NCBI GenBank assembly: GCA_963737655.1
Contig: CAVTTN010000002.1
Coordinates: forward strand, 576,001-640,000
Length of the DNA stretch: 64,000 bases
Reading direction: 5' to 3'
Origin: an uncultured Planctomycetota bacterium
Lineage (GTDB): Bacteria; Planctomycetota; Planctomycetia; Isosphaerales; Isosphaeraceae
Within the stretch, counting starts at the first letter, position 1. Every line of letters begins with the position of its first letter. The notes under the pieces were generated by a model, which made no database searches, was not told the origin of the DNA, and saw only the letters and a list, made by a program, of their open reading frames with translations. Shown here piece after piece: positions 8,653 to 17,717 of this stretch. Both the position numbers and the translations under genes were made by a program.

Positions 8653-9243
8653 ATGGCCGTCTGGGACGACCTTGAGAAGCGAGTCATGGTGGATCAAGTT
8701 GATGCGATGGGCGGTTGCGTGGTCCTGAAGCCCTAGCCCGAGGACCTGGACCGCTTCGAGCGTGAGAGCGGGTTCAAGCTCCCCGGCAGCTATCGGGAGT
8801 TCGCAATGACTTTCGGGCCGGGTTATCTCGAACCCGGCTTCTGTTTCAATTCCCCCGGCTTCCCGAGCGATCGATCCGTCGATCTCACCGCAAGGAACCT
8901 CCTCTCGCAGGCGAGGGAGCCCGGAGGACCTATCGGTGGTTTCTCCCGCTTCTGCCACAGCGATGACTTCCACGGATCTTGGGCCTGGAACTCCGAGGAC
9001 GTCACCGACCCCGCCCGGCATGAATACGGGATCTATCAGACCCACCCGGAAGTTGTGCCCTTCGGATCGGGGAGGGTAGGCCGGAGGAGACCTCCGGTCA
9101 AGGTCGCCTCGACCTTCCGTGAATTCGTCCTGGATTATGCGCTGGCCGACGACCTCGGGGGTCGAGGCGGGGCGTCCGGGGCGAACGATCTCGATGAGTC
9201 CGGCAAGCCCGGATTGATCCCCTTCCGGCAGACTCGATTTTGA
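8653..9243 (+). pseudogene. Second SMI1/KNR4 (SUKH) paralog with in-frame TAG at 8734-8736
   Basis: MAVWDDLEKRV...LKP*PEDLDRFERESGFKLPGSYREFAMTFGPG, clearly paralogous to the IS-interrupted gene. Confidence 0.8.
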
Positions 9244-9481
9244 CATTCTCGATCCAATACGCCTCCAGCCAGGCGAACTCCGCTTCCAATGCCTCGCTCC
9301 TTCGGTCGAAGGGGCCGAGCACCGGCCCCCCGACGGGCGACAGGTCGGCCAGCCAGCGACCCTGATCGTCCGGCTCGACGTGGCTGGCCCTGGTGATTGC
9401 GGGCGTACCGAGGGTGGCGAGGTCGATGACCTCGCCGTAGATCCCCCGGACCTGACCGTCCTTATCGATGACAAGATTCAT
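9098..9481 (-). CDS. Conserved-looking small hypothetical protein (RASHVEPD..G.W.ADLSPVGGP.LGPF)
   Basis: ATGA-coupled to 9478; the C-terminal ~45 aa overlap the SUKH paralog and may be spurious read-through. Confidence 0.75.
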   Translation of the reverse strand: MNLVIDKDGQVRGIYGEVIDLATLGTPAITRASHVEPDDQGRWLADLSPVGGPVLGPFDRRSEALEAEFAWLEAYWIENVKIESAGRGSIRACRTHRDRSPRTPRLDPRGRRPAHNPGRIHGRSRRP

Positions 9482-10452
9482 GACGCTTCTCCCCGATTCA
9501 TGTTGGGCCGGATGATCTTCCGCCTGGGCCGCTCGACCATCAGGCCGTCGAGAGCCGACTGGACCCCCGATAACTGAGTAGCAACACGTTGTCGAAGGTC
9601 GCCGCTGGACCGGAGATCCTTGGCACCGACGCCTCGCACCGCTTGCTGTGCCTGGGCGACGAGGGCGTCGAGTTGATCATTGGACCCGACGTTCAACGAC
9701 TTGAACCGCTCGAAGAACTCACTCAGGTTGACGACCGCCGAGTCCCGGAAAACCTTCTTCTCGCCACCGTCACCGACCCCGCTGAGCCGCTCTGTCAGGT
9801 GGCCGACCAGCTTCGAGAACTCGTCCAGGAATGCTTGCTCGGCAAGCTGGACGGCCTCGTCGAACCGGGCGGCGACATGGGCACGCTCGGCTTCGTAGAG
9901 GGCCGGGTTAAGGTCACGGAGGTAGTCAGGCGGCTCGACGCTCGGGAAGTCCCAACTGACGTCGAACAGGCCGATTAGCGTCTCGGGGTAATCACCGGAG
10001 TTGAAGAGACGCCCCAGGCGTTCGGCGGCAGCTACCTTGAGGTCCCCATAGTGGCGATCGAGGTTGGCGACGGCCTCGGCAAGCTCGCCCCTGTATTCCT
10101 CCATGAGCGAGATAAACTCGTCGAGCTTGTCCCGCCGTATCAGCCGGACGCCCGGCTCGGGGAACGGCAGGCTCATGTCCTTCCACACCGAGGCGATCTT
10201 CGTCTTGATCGACGTCACCGCCTTGAAGGCCGGGTGGCTCGTGTCGAGGAGCTTCTTGCCAGCCGACAGGTAGCCGCCTTCGGCGTCGAACGGCTGTGCG
10301 GCCTCGGCACGCTGCTCCGTGGTCAGCGACTTCCTGGTGCCCAGCCAGGTGAAGCTCACACGAACCGCCGCCATACTTGCCTGGAGGGTCAGGGCGGGCG
10401 TCTGGTCGTTTGTTGCGGTCCTGGGTGCGTCGAGCACGGCTGCGTTCATCAT
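9478..10452 (-). CDS. DUF3150-like helical hypothetical protein
   Basis: AGGAGA RBS before ATG 10452; LSAGKKLLD...SLPFPEPGVRLI...DYP...F pattern. Confidence 0.7.
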   Translation of the reverse strand: MMNAAVLDAPRTATNDQTPALTLQASMAAVRVSFTWLGTRKSLTTEQRAEAAQPFDAEGGYLSAGKKLLDTSHPAFKAVTSIKTKIASVWKDMSLPFPEPGVRLIRRDKLDEFISLMEEYRGELAEAVANLDRHYGDLKVAAAERLGRLFNSGDYPETLIGLFDVSWDFPSVEPPDYLRDLNPALYEAERAHVAARFDEAVQLAEQAFLDEFSKLVGHLTERLSGVGDGGEKKVFRDSAVVNLSEFFERFKSLNVGSNDQLDALVAQAQQAVRGVGAKDLRSSGDLRQRVATQLSGVQSALDGLMVERPRRKIIRPNMNRGEAS

Positions 10453-10538
10453 GATCTCCTTCTCGTTCGTCCACTCGTCGGCCTCGTGTAGCCCCCAGGG
10501 TGGAGGCAGGAAAGCCCTCAGTGGCTTTCCCCCGCATC

Positions 10539-12032
10539 TCAATTCACGCTGGGGTCACGGCTGATGTTGCGACCCGGCGAACTCGTCCCACCCTGGTTCC
10601 TGGTGTAGATGCCGGGGCGGTCCGCAGACAGGCACCTTCCGCTGGCCCAGTTCCGCAACCGCTCCACCGACTCGGCAGCCGTCACGGCAACGGGGACGAC
10701 GTTCATTGCCGCCTCCACCAAGGACACGTCCAGTAAGGCAGTCAGGCGGCAGCAGGACTTGATCTCGGCACCGGTCCAGTCACGGTCGATGGGTCTGGGC
10801 TGGTTCGGGTTCAAGCCGTACTTGGCGATGTACATGGCCCAGATGACGTCCTTCTCCGATTGCCCCGGCAGATCCAGGAAGAACGTCCCGTCCCACCGCT
10901 CGGCCCTGCTGAACTCCGGGGGGAGCTTGCTGACGTCATTCGAGGTTGCGACCACGAAGACGTCGCTCTCGTGATCCGAGAGCCACGACAACATCGTCCC
11001 GAACATCCTGGCAGAGACGCCGCTGTCGGTCTGCCCGCTCGACTGGACCCCGGCGAGGGCCTTCTCGATCTCATCGATGAAGAGGACCGAAGGAGCCATT
11101 GCGTCCACGACCTTGAGCGCATGGCGGGTCCGCTCTTCCGTCTGGCCCACGAGCGAACCCATCAGCGACCCGACGTCGAGGACCAGTGTAGGTCTCCCCG
11201 TCTCGTTCCCGAGGGCCTTTGCAAACGCCGACTTCCCGGTGCCTGGCACGCCGAGGAGCAAGACGCCCTTGGCCTGTACCCTGGCCCCCTTGCGGCTGCC
11301 CAGGGCCTTCATGGTGAACCCCTTCAAGCCGTCGAGACCACCCAGGTCGCTGAAGGTCTCCCCGCCTCGGTGGAGACTCAGCAGCCCTCTCTTCTTGAGC
11401 ATGCCGGTCTTCAACTCCCACAACGTCTCGGGCACGACCTTGCCGTGGCGTACCAAAGACAGGCTGAAGGCGTTCTCGACCTCCATCCGGGTCAGGCCCG
11501 AAGCAGAATCCAGGATCATGCCCAAGTCGTCGCCCTCGGGAAGGTCTCCGGGTTCGGTGGCGATCGAACGGGCGATCCGCTCGATCTGGTCACGGCCTGG
11601 AAGGTCATGCTCGACGACCACGAACTGCCGCTCCAGTTCAATCGGGATCTGGACGACCGGCGAGAGGATCACGATGAACGTACGGTCCTGCTTGCCCTTG
11701 CAAATGGCCGAATCGAGAGCCTGGACAATTTCAGCAGAGCCCAGGAAACGGTGAAAGTTCCTCAGGATCAGGATCGCTGTGCCATCGACTGTCGTCAGAG
11801 CATTCAGGGCCTTGACCGCCGAGAGAGGATCGGCGGCAGCCACGGCGACCGATTCCGACTCGTTGCCGCTCAGGGCGAGGCCCCGGTCGATGTCCCAGTT
11901 AGCCAACGCCCACTTGTTCTGCTTGGCAAGCTGGGCGATCTCTTGGACGGCCTCGTCATGCTCGTGGGACTGGACCCAGATCCCCGAGAAGGCGGCACGG
12001 ACGAGTTCTGACAAACGCTCGGTGAGCGTCAT
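10539..12032 (-). CDS. AAA+ ATPase, Ycf46/SpoVK-like (degenerate N-terminal plus active C-terminal AAA)
   Basis: Walker A GVPGTGKS, Walker B LFIDEIEK, SRH ATSN...PPEFSRAERWD; AAGGAG RBS. Confidence 0.92.
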   Translation of the reverse strand: MTLTERLSELVRAAFSGIWVQSHEHDEAVQEIAQLAKQNKWALANWDIDRGLALSGNESESVAVAAADPLSAVKALNALTTVDGTAILILRNFHRFLGSAEIVQALDSAICKGKQDRTFIVILSPVVQIPIELERQFVVVEHDLPGRDQIERIARSIATEPGDLPEGDDLGMILDSASGLTRMEVENAFSLSLVRHGKVVPETLWELKTGMLKKRGLLSLHRGGETFSDLGGLDGLKGFTMKALGSRKGARVQAKGVLLLGVPGTGKSAFAKALGNETGRPTLVLDVGSLMGSLVGQTEERTRHALKVVDAMAPSVLFIDEIEKALAGVQSSGQTDSGVSARMFGTMLSWLSDHESDVFVVATSNDVSKLPPEFSRAERWDGTFFLDLPGQSEKDVIWAMYIAKYGLNPNQPRPIDRDWTGAEIKSCCRLTALLDVSLVEAAMNVVPVAVTAAESVERLRNWASGRCLSADRPGIYTRNQGGTSSPGRNISRDPSVN

Positions 12033-12109
12033 GGACTGACTCCTTTGACTCAGTTGTGGTTCGAAGAGGGAGATGACCGTGAGCAACATCGCCCACGGCC
12101 TCGGAGGTG

Positions 12110-12304
12110 TCAGCTTGACTGCCGAACGTCCTGACCGGCTTGCTGGCCCTGGTGGAACTCGGCGGTCAGTTGCTCTGCCGTCCGTTGGCCGAGGGCCTGT
12201 TCATAAAACCTGCTGGCGTCCTTGCACTCGCCCCCGGTGAAGCCCTTGGTCTGGACGGTCGTCTCGCCCTTGGGGCCGACGGTGATCTCGATGGTCTTGT
12301 TCAA
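12110..12304 (-). CDS. DUF2997 family protein
   Basis: IEITVGPKGETTVQTKGFTGGEC..AS...EQALG. Confidence 0.88.
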   Translation of the reverse strand: MNKTIEITVGPKGETTVQTKGFTGGECKDASRFYEQALGQRTAEQLTAEFHQGQQAGQDVRQSS

Positions 12305-12669
12305 GAGGCACCCCCGACCGTGATGGTCAACTTGACGCTGCCGTCGGGAAGGGGCCGTTCGTAGACGGAGTGGCCCTTCTTCCGGGCCTCTAGCTTGGCC
12401 TTTTCGATGGCGTACGCTTGGAGGAAGGCGTCGAGGTGCTTGGGGTCTCCCCAGGACCCCTGGTAGTTGTCGAACTGGACCTGGCCGGTCTTGGTGCTCA
12501 CGACGGCGGGGTAAAGCCAGCCGGGCAGCTTGACGAGCAGGCCGGTCGCCTCGCCCTCGAACAAGCGGGCGGTGCCCTGGCCTGGCTCGGGGAGGCCAAG
12601 GCGACGGCAGGCTGCACGAAGAGCCTCAGCGTCCCGGACCTCGGTTTTAATCGTGACGACGTGAGACAA
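12301..12669 (-). CDS. DUF1257 (Ycf35-like) family protein
   Basis: MSHVVTIKTEVRD..AL..AC.RLG...QAYA...A...G......DGSVKL; GGAGG RBS, TTG start. Confidence 0.88.
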   Translation of the reverse strand: MSHVVTIKTEVRDAEALRAACRRLGLPEPGQGTARLFEGEATGLLVKLPGWLYPAVVSTKTGQVQFDNYQGSWGDPKHLDAFLQAYAIEKAKLEARKKGHSVYERPLPDGSVKLTITVGGAS

Positions 12670-12822
12670 GCTCGTCCTCCTGGATGGTTGCGGTTGGTTG
12701 CAACCCCCAGGGTCGTCGGAGTAAAGCCCCCATCAAAAGACTTGCATTTTGGAAGGCTATTTGACTTCCGCACCATAAGAACTAACTCTCTAGGAGACAT
12801 TTCGTCATCGAGGAAGAAGACC

Positions 12823-13302
12823 ATGACAGCGACGATCACACACGCCCGACCTCATTGCGTCGAGGGCGTCGAGCAAATCAATGAAGGCAGGAGCATCTGG
12901 GAGCCCGAGACCCCTGCGGCCTCCGGCGACTGGCGAGCCCCGTGCAGCGGCGTCGGGCCGGATTCGGAGGATAAGAGGGGGACCGAGAGGTACGTCGTCG
13001 ATCTCGGGGATGCGATGGGCAACTGGGAATGGGACTACCTGTGCGGTGTCCCTCTCATTGCCCACTTCGACGACTTCATGGAGGCCAAGGAGTATGTTGT
13101 CGAGAATCTCCAGGCCGTCATCACGAGCCTTGAAAACCTCGTCTCGGACGTCCAGGAGGCGGGCTCGTTCGAGACCCTGGACCTCTACCGCTGCGACCTC
13201 ATCTCCAAGCACGGACACGGATGGCGTGGCGAGCCAGTTTGTAATGTTTATTGCAACTTTGATGCGATAGAAGACCACAGTACAAAAGGCAAACTGACAT
13301 GA
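12823..13302 (+). CDS. Hypothetical protein
   Basis: ATG after GAGGAAGAAG; divergent from DUF1257; ATGA-coupled to next gene. Confidence 0.55.
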   Translation: MTATITHARPHCVEGVEQINEGRSIWEPETPAASGDWRAPCSGVGPDSEDKRGTERYVVDLGDAMGNWEWDYLCGVPLIAHFDDFMEAKEYVVENLQAVITSLENLVSDVQEAGSFETLDLYRCDLISKHGHGWRGEPVCNVYCNFDAIEDHSTKGKLT

Positions 13303-13541
13303 AAGACTATCTTCAAGTTGCCTCCACGGGATTGGGATGGTTCGTGATCACCGTGAAGGATGATTTTGGTCAATTTGAGACTATCGGATCTCCCTGGAAC
13401 ACCCGTGAACAGGCTCGCCGATATCGCAATTTTGTCCGATGGCGAAACCGGACGAATCCGTCAGACAAAATGCTTCGTGAAACGTACGATCGGATGGTCG
13501 AAGGAGGCAGCATGGAGCAGGGTCATGAATTCGATCCCTGA
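13299..13541 (+). CDS. Hypothetical protein (lower GC)
   Basis: ATGA overlap with previous ORF. Confidence 0.5.
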   Translation: MKDYLQVASTGLGWFVITVKDDFGQFETIGSPWNTREQARRYRNFVRWRNRTNPSDKMLRETYDRMVEGGSMEQGHEFDP

Positions 13542-13556
13542 TTTACGTCGGGCAGC

Positions 13557-14222
13557 ATGACGCGGGCATTCGAACCGAGGGAGGCTGTTCCCGATCTCGA
13601 CCACACGATCCGGCCAGGGATCATCGAGGCTCCCGCTGCATCGGGGCCATCGAGCACGTCACCAGCAGCGACCACTTCGGCCAGCCGGAATCCCACGGCG
13701 GCTCCTCCGACCCCCGACCGTCCGGTAGTCGAGTTGTTCGAGCCCCAGTCCTATCACATCATCATCCCGAGCAGCGACAATAAGCCTTGGCTGTCCCGGA
13801 GGGGGAAGAAGATCGACTTCGCCTGCCGGGATGCCGCCAACCGTCTGCTGGGCCAACTTGGTGAGAGGTTCGCCGTCGAGGTCGAGAAGCGGCGGTTGCT
13901 CTTCTACGAGCGGGACGACCTGGCGGCGAAGGTCGAGTGGGTCGCCATGACCTGCGGGGACGGGATAGGCTTCGACGTCCTCTCGTACGATGAGAAGGAC
14001 GAATCGGAACGGTGGATCGAGGTAAAAACGACCGGCATGGGCAAGCACTTCCCGTTCTACGTCACGGCCAACGAGGTCCGGTGCTCCGAAGACTGCCCCG
14101 AGCGATTTCGGCTCTACCGTGTGTTCAACTTCGCCAGGGACCCCAGGGTCTACGTCGTAGGCGGAGCGTTGTCTCGGGAGTGCCAGTTGGAGCCGGTTGT
14201 GTACCGGGCGTCGATCGGCTGA
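13557..14222 (+). CDS. DUF3883 (NO VEIN C-terminal, PD-(D/E)xK-like) domain protein
   Basis: LGQLGERFAVEVE...GDGIGFDVLSY...WIEVKTT...FYVTANE...LYRVF. Confidence 0.88.
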   Translation: MTRAFEPREAVPDLDHTIRPGIIEAPAASGPSSTSPAATTSASRNPTAAPPTPDRPVVELFEPQSYHIIIPSSDNKPWLSRRGKKIDFACRDAANRLLGQLGERFAVEVEKRRLLFYERDDLAAKVEWVAMTCGDGIGFDVLSYDEKDESERWIEVKTTGMGKHFPFYVTANEVRCSEDCPERFRLYRVFNFARDPRVYVVGGALSRECQLEPVVYRASIG

Positions 14223-14681
14223 TCAGAACGGCGTGAAAAATGATGGCTGGGGGTGTCCGGTCGGAGTCCGCAGATCGGCCTCCCGCCTCGGGGCCTTCAA
14301 GAGCCATGCGTAGCCGCCCGTCTCCTCCGTAACCTCGAAGCAGGCTGCCCGAGCGTGGGCCGGTTTGAGCGGCTCGCAGCCGACGATCTCGATCGTCCCC
14401 ACGATCACTCCCCTGGGGAGGGAGTCCACGTCGATCCCGTGCTCGGCGGCGATCCGGGCCTCGTCATCCGCATCGACCCGATTCTTCCCGGCGTAGATGT
14501 AGACCCGCTCGCACCGCTTAGCCGTCCGCATCGGGCGGGCCTCGACGGTCTTCTCGCCCCGCAGAATCAACTCGGCCCAGGGTTGTCGGATGCTGAGTGC
14601 TTTCATGAATTGAGCCCGTTCGTACTGGCTTGCGGCCTTGATGAGGACTGAATCCGAAGTAGTGACCTTCTCCCCGCTCAT
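14223..14681 (-). CDS. ASCH domain protein
   Basis: MKALSIRQPWAELILRGEKTVEAR...LPRGVIVGT; start 14681 (ATGA-coupled) or 14606. Confidence 0.9.
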   Translation of the reverse strand: MSGEKVTTSDSVLIKAASQYERAQFMKALSIRQPWAELILRGEKTVEARPMRTAKRCERVYIYAGKNRVDADDEARIAAEHGIDVDSLPRGVIVGTIEIVGCEPLKPAHARAACFEVTEETGGYAWLLKAPRREADLRTPTGHPQPSFFTPF

Positions 14682-15262
14682 TCCTCAGCCATCCGGTCCT
14701 CCTGCATCTCGGCGGGAGGAGTCTCGGCGGGTCTGCCCTCACGAGTCTTTCGAGGGCGGGAGATCCCCAGCCGTTCGGCGATGAACTCGAACCCCGCCCC
14801 GTTCTTGTAGGGCTCGATCTCGGCGGCGAGATTGCGAAGCCCGACCTTCTGCCACGTCGAGGTCGCCCGATGGTGTTCCCGGATGAACTCCCTCGACAGG
14901 GTGAAGGACTCGGGCTCCTTCTCCCCGGCAGTCCCGTCGTTCTTGCCGAAAAACTTTCCGATGTTCAGGAAAGCCACGATCAAGAAGTCGAAGGCATCGA
15001 TGCTCGCCTCCTTGACGGGGAAACCCCTGTCGCAGTCGGTCGCATACCGGCTCTTGACCTGGACACGAACCTGCGGGAGTTCTTGTGGAGATGGACGATG
15101 GCGAGGATCGGGGTGAATACAGATGAGGTCGTACCCCTCGTTGTTGGGCGGGGCCTTATAGGCCAGGATGTTTCGCCTCATGAGATGGCCCATGACCAGA
15201 AACTCGGCCCCTGCGGATACGACGGGCAGTCGCAGGAATTCCGGTCTGTCGGAGGGGCTCAC
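14678..15262 (-). CDS. PD-(D/E)xK-fold putative endonuclease
   Basis: GAEFLVMGHL...GYDLI...RVQVKSR (E..D..QxK); GTG start overlaps upstream stop. Confidence 0.72.
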   Translation of the reverse strand: MSPSDRPEFLRLPVVSAGAEFLVMGHLMRRNILAYKAPPNNEGYDLICIHPDPRHRPSPQELPQVRVQVKSRYATDCDRGFPVKEASIDAFDFLIVAFLNIGKFFGKNDGTAGEKEPESFTLSREFIREHHRATSTWQKVGLRNLAAEIEPYKNGAGFEFIAERLGISRPRKTREGRPAETPPAEMQEDRMAEE

Positions 15263-15591
15263 TGTTGCCTCTTGAGTTCGGCGACTTTCCCCACCAAGAA
15301 GCCGATTTTGTCGCCGTCGAGTTCGGCGACCGGGCCGACCCCGTGGATGTTGCGGATCAGGTCCTCGGAGGCCCCGAGGAACGCATCGAAACCGGCCTGC
15401 CCATCGCACCGCCCCAGCATGTGGCCGTCGGGCGTGATCTGCATCTCGACCAGCCGGGGAGTGGTCCAGTCCTCGCCGAGCAGGCAGCCCAGGATCGCCT
15501 GGAAATGGGGACTGACTTCAACTGCCCGGAGTTTGCGGACGCAGTCCCGGCGGATCTCGTCGGGCTCACGGATCGGGGCCTCGCTCGTCAT
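15259..15591 (-). CDS. Hypothetical protein
   Basis: Starts 35 bp after brxHI stop; GTGA-coupled to the nuclease. Confidence 0.65.
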   Translation of the reverse strand: MTSEAPIREPDEIRRDCVRKLRAVEVSPHFQAILGCLLGEDWTTPRLVEMQITPDGHMLGRCDGQAGFDAFLGASEDLIRNIHGVGPVAELDGDKIGFLVGKVAELKRQQ

Positions 15592-15626
15592 GGTCGAATT
15601 TCCCTTCGCAGCCGGTTTCCATCACC

Positions 15627-17717
15627 CTAGCCGAGAACAGCAACCCTCACGGGCTCCCGACGGAGGGACGCAATCGCCTCGGGATCGTCGAATCGGGCCG
15701 TAAAGACCTCGGCGGCGATCGTCGCCGGGAGGCACTCGCCGAATTTCAGGTTGTCGATCGCATCCTTGCGGGGCACGGGGATGATCTCCTCACGCATCTG
15801 GGAAGCGATCAGCGTCTCCACCTCGGCCAGCTTCAGATTGGAAGGGAATCGGATGCACAGATTGTCCCGCTTCGTACCCGGGCCAGTTCCCAGGTGATCC
15901 GACACGAGCGAGTTCGCCAGGCCACCGGCGAAGGTCCACCATTGGATCTCGCCGTCGTGTCGTTGGAGCAGGGTCGTGTGGCCGAGACACGCCCACGGGT
16001 AGTCCATCCGTAATCTGCCGATCTCCGCAGCCGCCCGCCGAGACCAGCAAGGTTCGTCCGACTCGGTGGCGAGGATGCGACGGATTCCCTGACAGATCCG
16101 GTAGCTCAGGAATTGCCCTTCCCCCAGCCAACGGGACCGGCCCGGCTCCTCGGCGGGTTCGACGTGGGCGATCCGGCGTTTCCAGTCCAAGTGGTTCGTC
16201 TTCCAACTTCGACCGGCCAGGACGATGATGGTCGGCCCATCCCCCCGCTTGTAGAAGGTGGACTCGTGGACGGCCCCCAGTTCCTTCCGCCCTGCGACGA
16301 CACGGAAGAGGGGCGGCGAGGTGAACACCGACAGCAATTCCATGAAGTTCTTGCGACCGTACTCGGCCTCGCCCTCGGGTGCGAAGGAGAGCAATCCGTC
16401 GTCGGACCAGAGCACCCCGGAACTGACCATGAAGTCCACGAGTTCCGAGACGACCCTCCGGTCCATACCGGCGTAGCCGGGGACGCTCGCCACCCAGTCG
16501 AACCAGTCACTCCGCCCCACACCTCGCTCTTGCAGGACGAGCGCCATCAACTGCTGGGCGAGGATGTGGAACGGCTTGGGCGGGGCCACGACCGGCTCGA
16601 CGTACCCGTCTCGCCACAGGCCGAGCAGCGCCGCCGCTCGCAGAAGTCCCTCGTCGGTCGTGGCGAGGAAGAGGCAGTTGGACGTCATGCCCGGTCGCCG
16701 ACCCGTGCGGCCCATCCGCTGGAGGAACGACGAGACGGCGGGCGGGGCGTCGATCTGGATCACCCGGTCCAGGTCGCCGACGTCGAGGCCGAGTTCCAGC
16801 GAACTGGTGGCGACGATCACGCAGTCCTGCCGCTGGGAGAAGGCCTGCTCGGCGCTGCGTCGTTCGTCCAGCCCGAGCGAACTGTGGGACACGAACGTAT
16901 CGACGCCATCCTGACGCAGCAGCATCGTCAACTGCTCGACCCGTGACCGGCTGTCGCAGAAGACGAGTCGCTTCTGCCCCTGATGGAGGAGGCGGATGAC
17001 CTTGGCGGCGTTGGGCAGCGATCCGACGTAATCGAGTTGGACTTCCGGGCGGCTGCGGGTGGTGGGCTCCGGGCGGATGACCTGCCCGCCTCTCGTCGAG
17101 CCGGAGGAGAGCCAGCCCAGCATCGCTTCGGGATTCCCCACAGTCGCCGAGAGGCCGACTCGCTGGATGTCCCGGTCGGCGAATCGTCGGATGCGGGCCA
17201 GCACGGAGAGCAGGTGCCAGCCCCTGTCATCCCCGGCGAAGGCGTGGAGTTCGTCGATCACGACCGTGCGGACGTCCCGGAAGAACTGCCGATGTTCGAT
17301 CTTGGTCGAGACCAGCAGGACTTCGAGGGACTCGGGTGTGGTCAGCAGGCAGTCGGGCGGCTCCGCCATCATGCGACGTTTGTCGCCCTGCGGCGTGTCG
17401 CCGTGCCAGCATGCCGCCTTCCGACCGACGAGTTGGAAGTACCGCCGGAGCCGCTCTTCCTGATTGTTGAGCAGGGCACGGATGGGGCTCACGTACAGGA
17501 CGCTTAGCCCGGTCCACGCTTCGGTGAGCATCTGCGAGATGACCGGGAAGAACGCCGCCTCGGTCTTGCCCCCTGCGGTCGGGGCGAGGACGACGAGATT
17601 GTCCCCGCCGAGGTAGCCTTCGATGGACGCATCCTGGACCTCCCGCAACTCCCTCCAGCCGAGAGAGTTGACGATGTGGTGCTGGAGGGCCGGGTGCAGT
17701 CGGTCGAAAGCGCTCAC
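15627..17717 (-). CDS. brxHI: BREX-2 Lhr-like DEAD/DEAH helicase
   Basis: APTAGGKT, TTPES, DELH, GLSAT, QRMGRTGR; GTG start overlaps brxD stop; operon position. Confidence 0.9.
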   Translation of the reverse strand: MSAFDRLHPALQHHIVNSLGWRELREVQDASIEGYLGGDNLVVLAPTAGGKTEAAFFPVISQMLTEAWTGLSVLYVSPIRALLNNQEERLRRYFQLVGRKAACWHGDTPQGDKRRMMAEPPDCLLTTPESLEVLLVSTKIEHRQFFRDVRTVVIDELHAFAGDDRGWHLLSVLARIRRFADRDIQRVGLSATVGNPEAMLGWLSSGSTRGGQVIRPEPTTRSRPEVQLDYVGSLPNAAKVIRLLHQGQKRLVFCDSRSRVEQLTMLLRQDGVDTFVSHSSLGLDERRSAEQAFSQRQDCVIVATSSLELGLDVGDLDRVIQIDAPPAVSSFLQRMGRTGRRPGMTSNCLFLATTDEGLLRAAALLGLWRDGYVEPVVAPPKPFHILAQQLMALVLQERGVGRSDWFDWVASVPGYAGMDRRVVSELVDFMVSSGVLWSDDGLLSFAPEGEAEYGRKNFMELLSVFTSPPLFRVVAGRKELGAVHESTFYKRGDGPTIIVLAGRSWKTNHLDWKRRIAHVEPAEEPGRSRWLGEGQFLSYRICQGIRRILATESDEPCWSRRAAAEIGRLRMDYPWACLGHTTLLQRHDGEIQWWTFAGGLANSLVSDHLGTGPGTKRDNLCIRFPSNLKLAEVETLIASQMREEIIPVPRKDAIDNLKFGECLPATIAAEVFTARFDDPEAIASLRREPVRVAVLG

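Noticed and set aside
8734..8736. TAG as pyrrolysine or programmed read-through
   Set aside because: Aligns to an ordinary Lys codon in the paralog and no pyl genes are in the window; simple nonsense change or error.
10509..10530. GGAAAGCC-N6-GGCTTTCC hairpin as a terminator
   Set aside because: No U-tract on the coding strand and it sits mid-operon; at most an mRNA stability element.
1..15600. Intact prophage
   Set aside because: No capsid, portal, terminase, tail or lysis genes are recognisable in the window.
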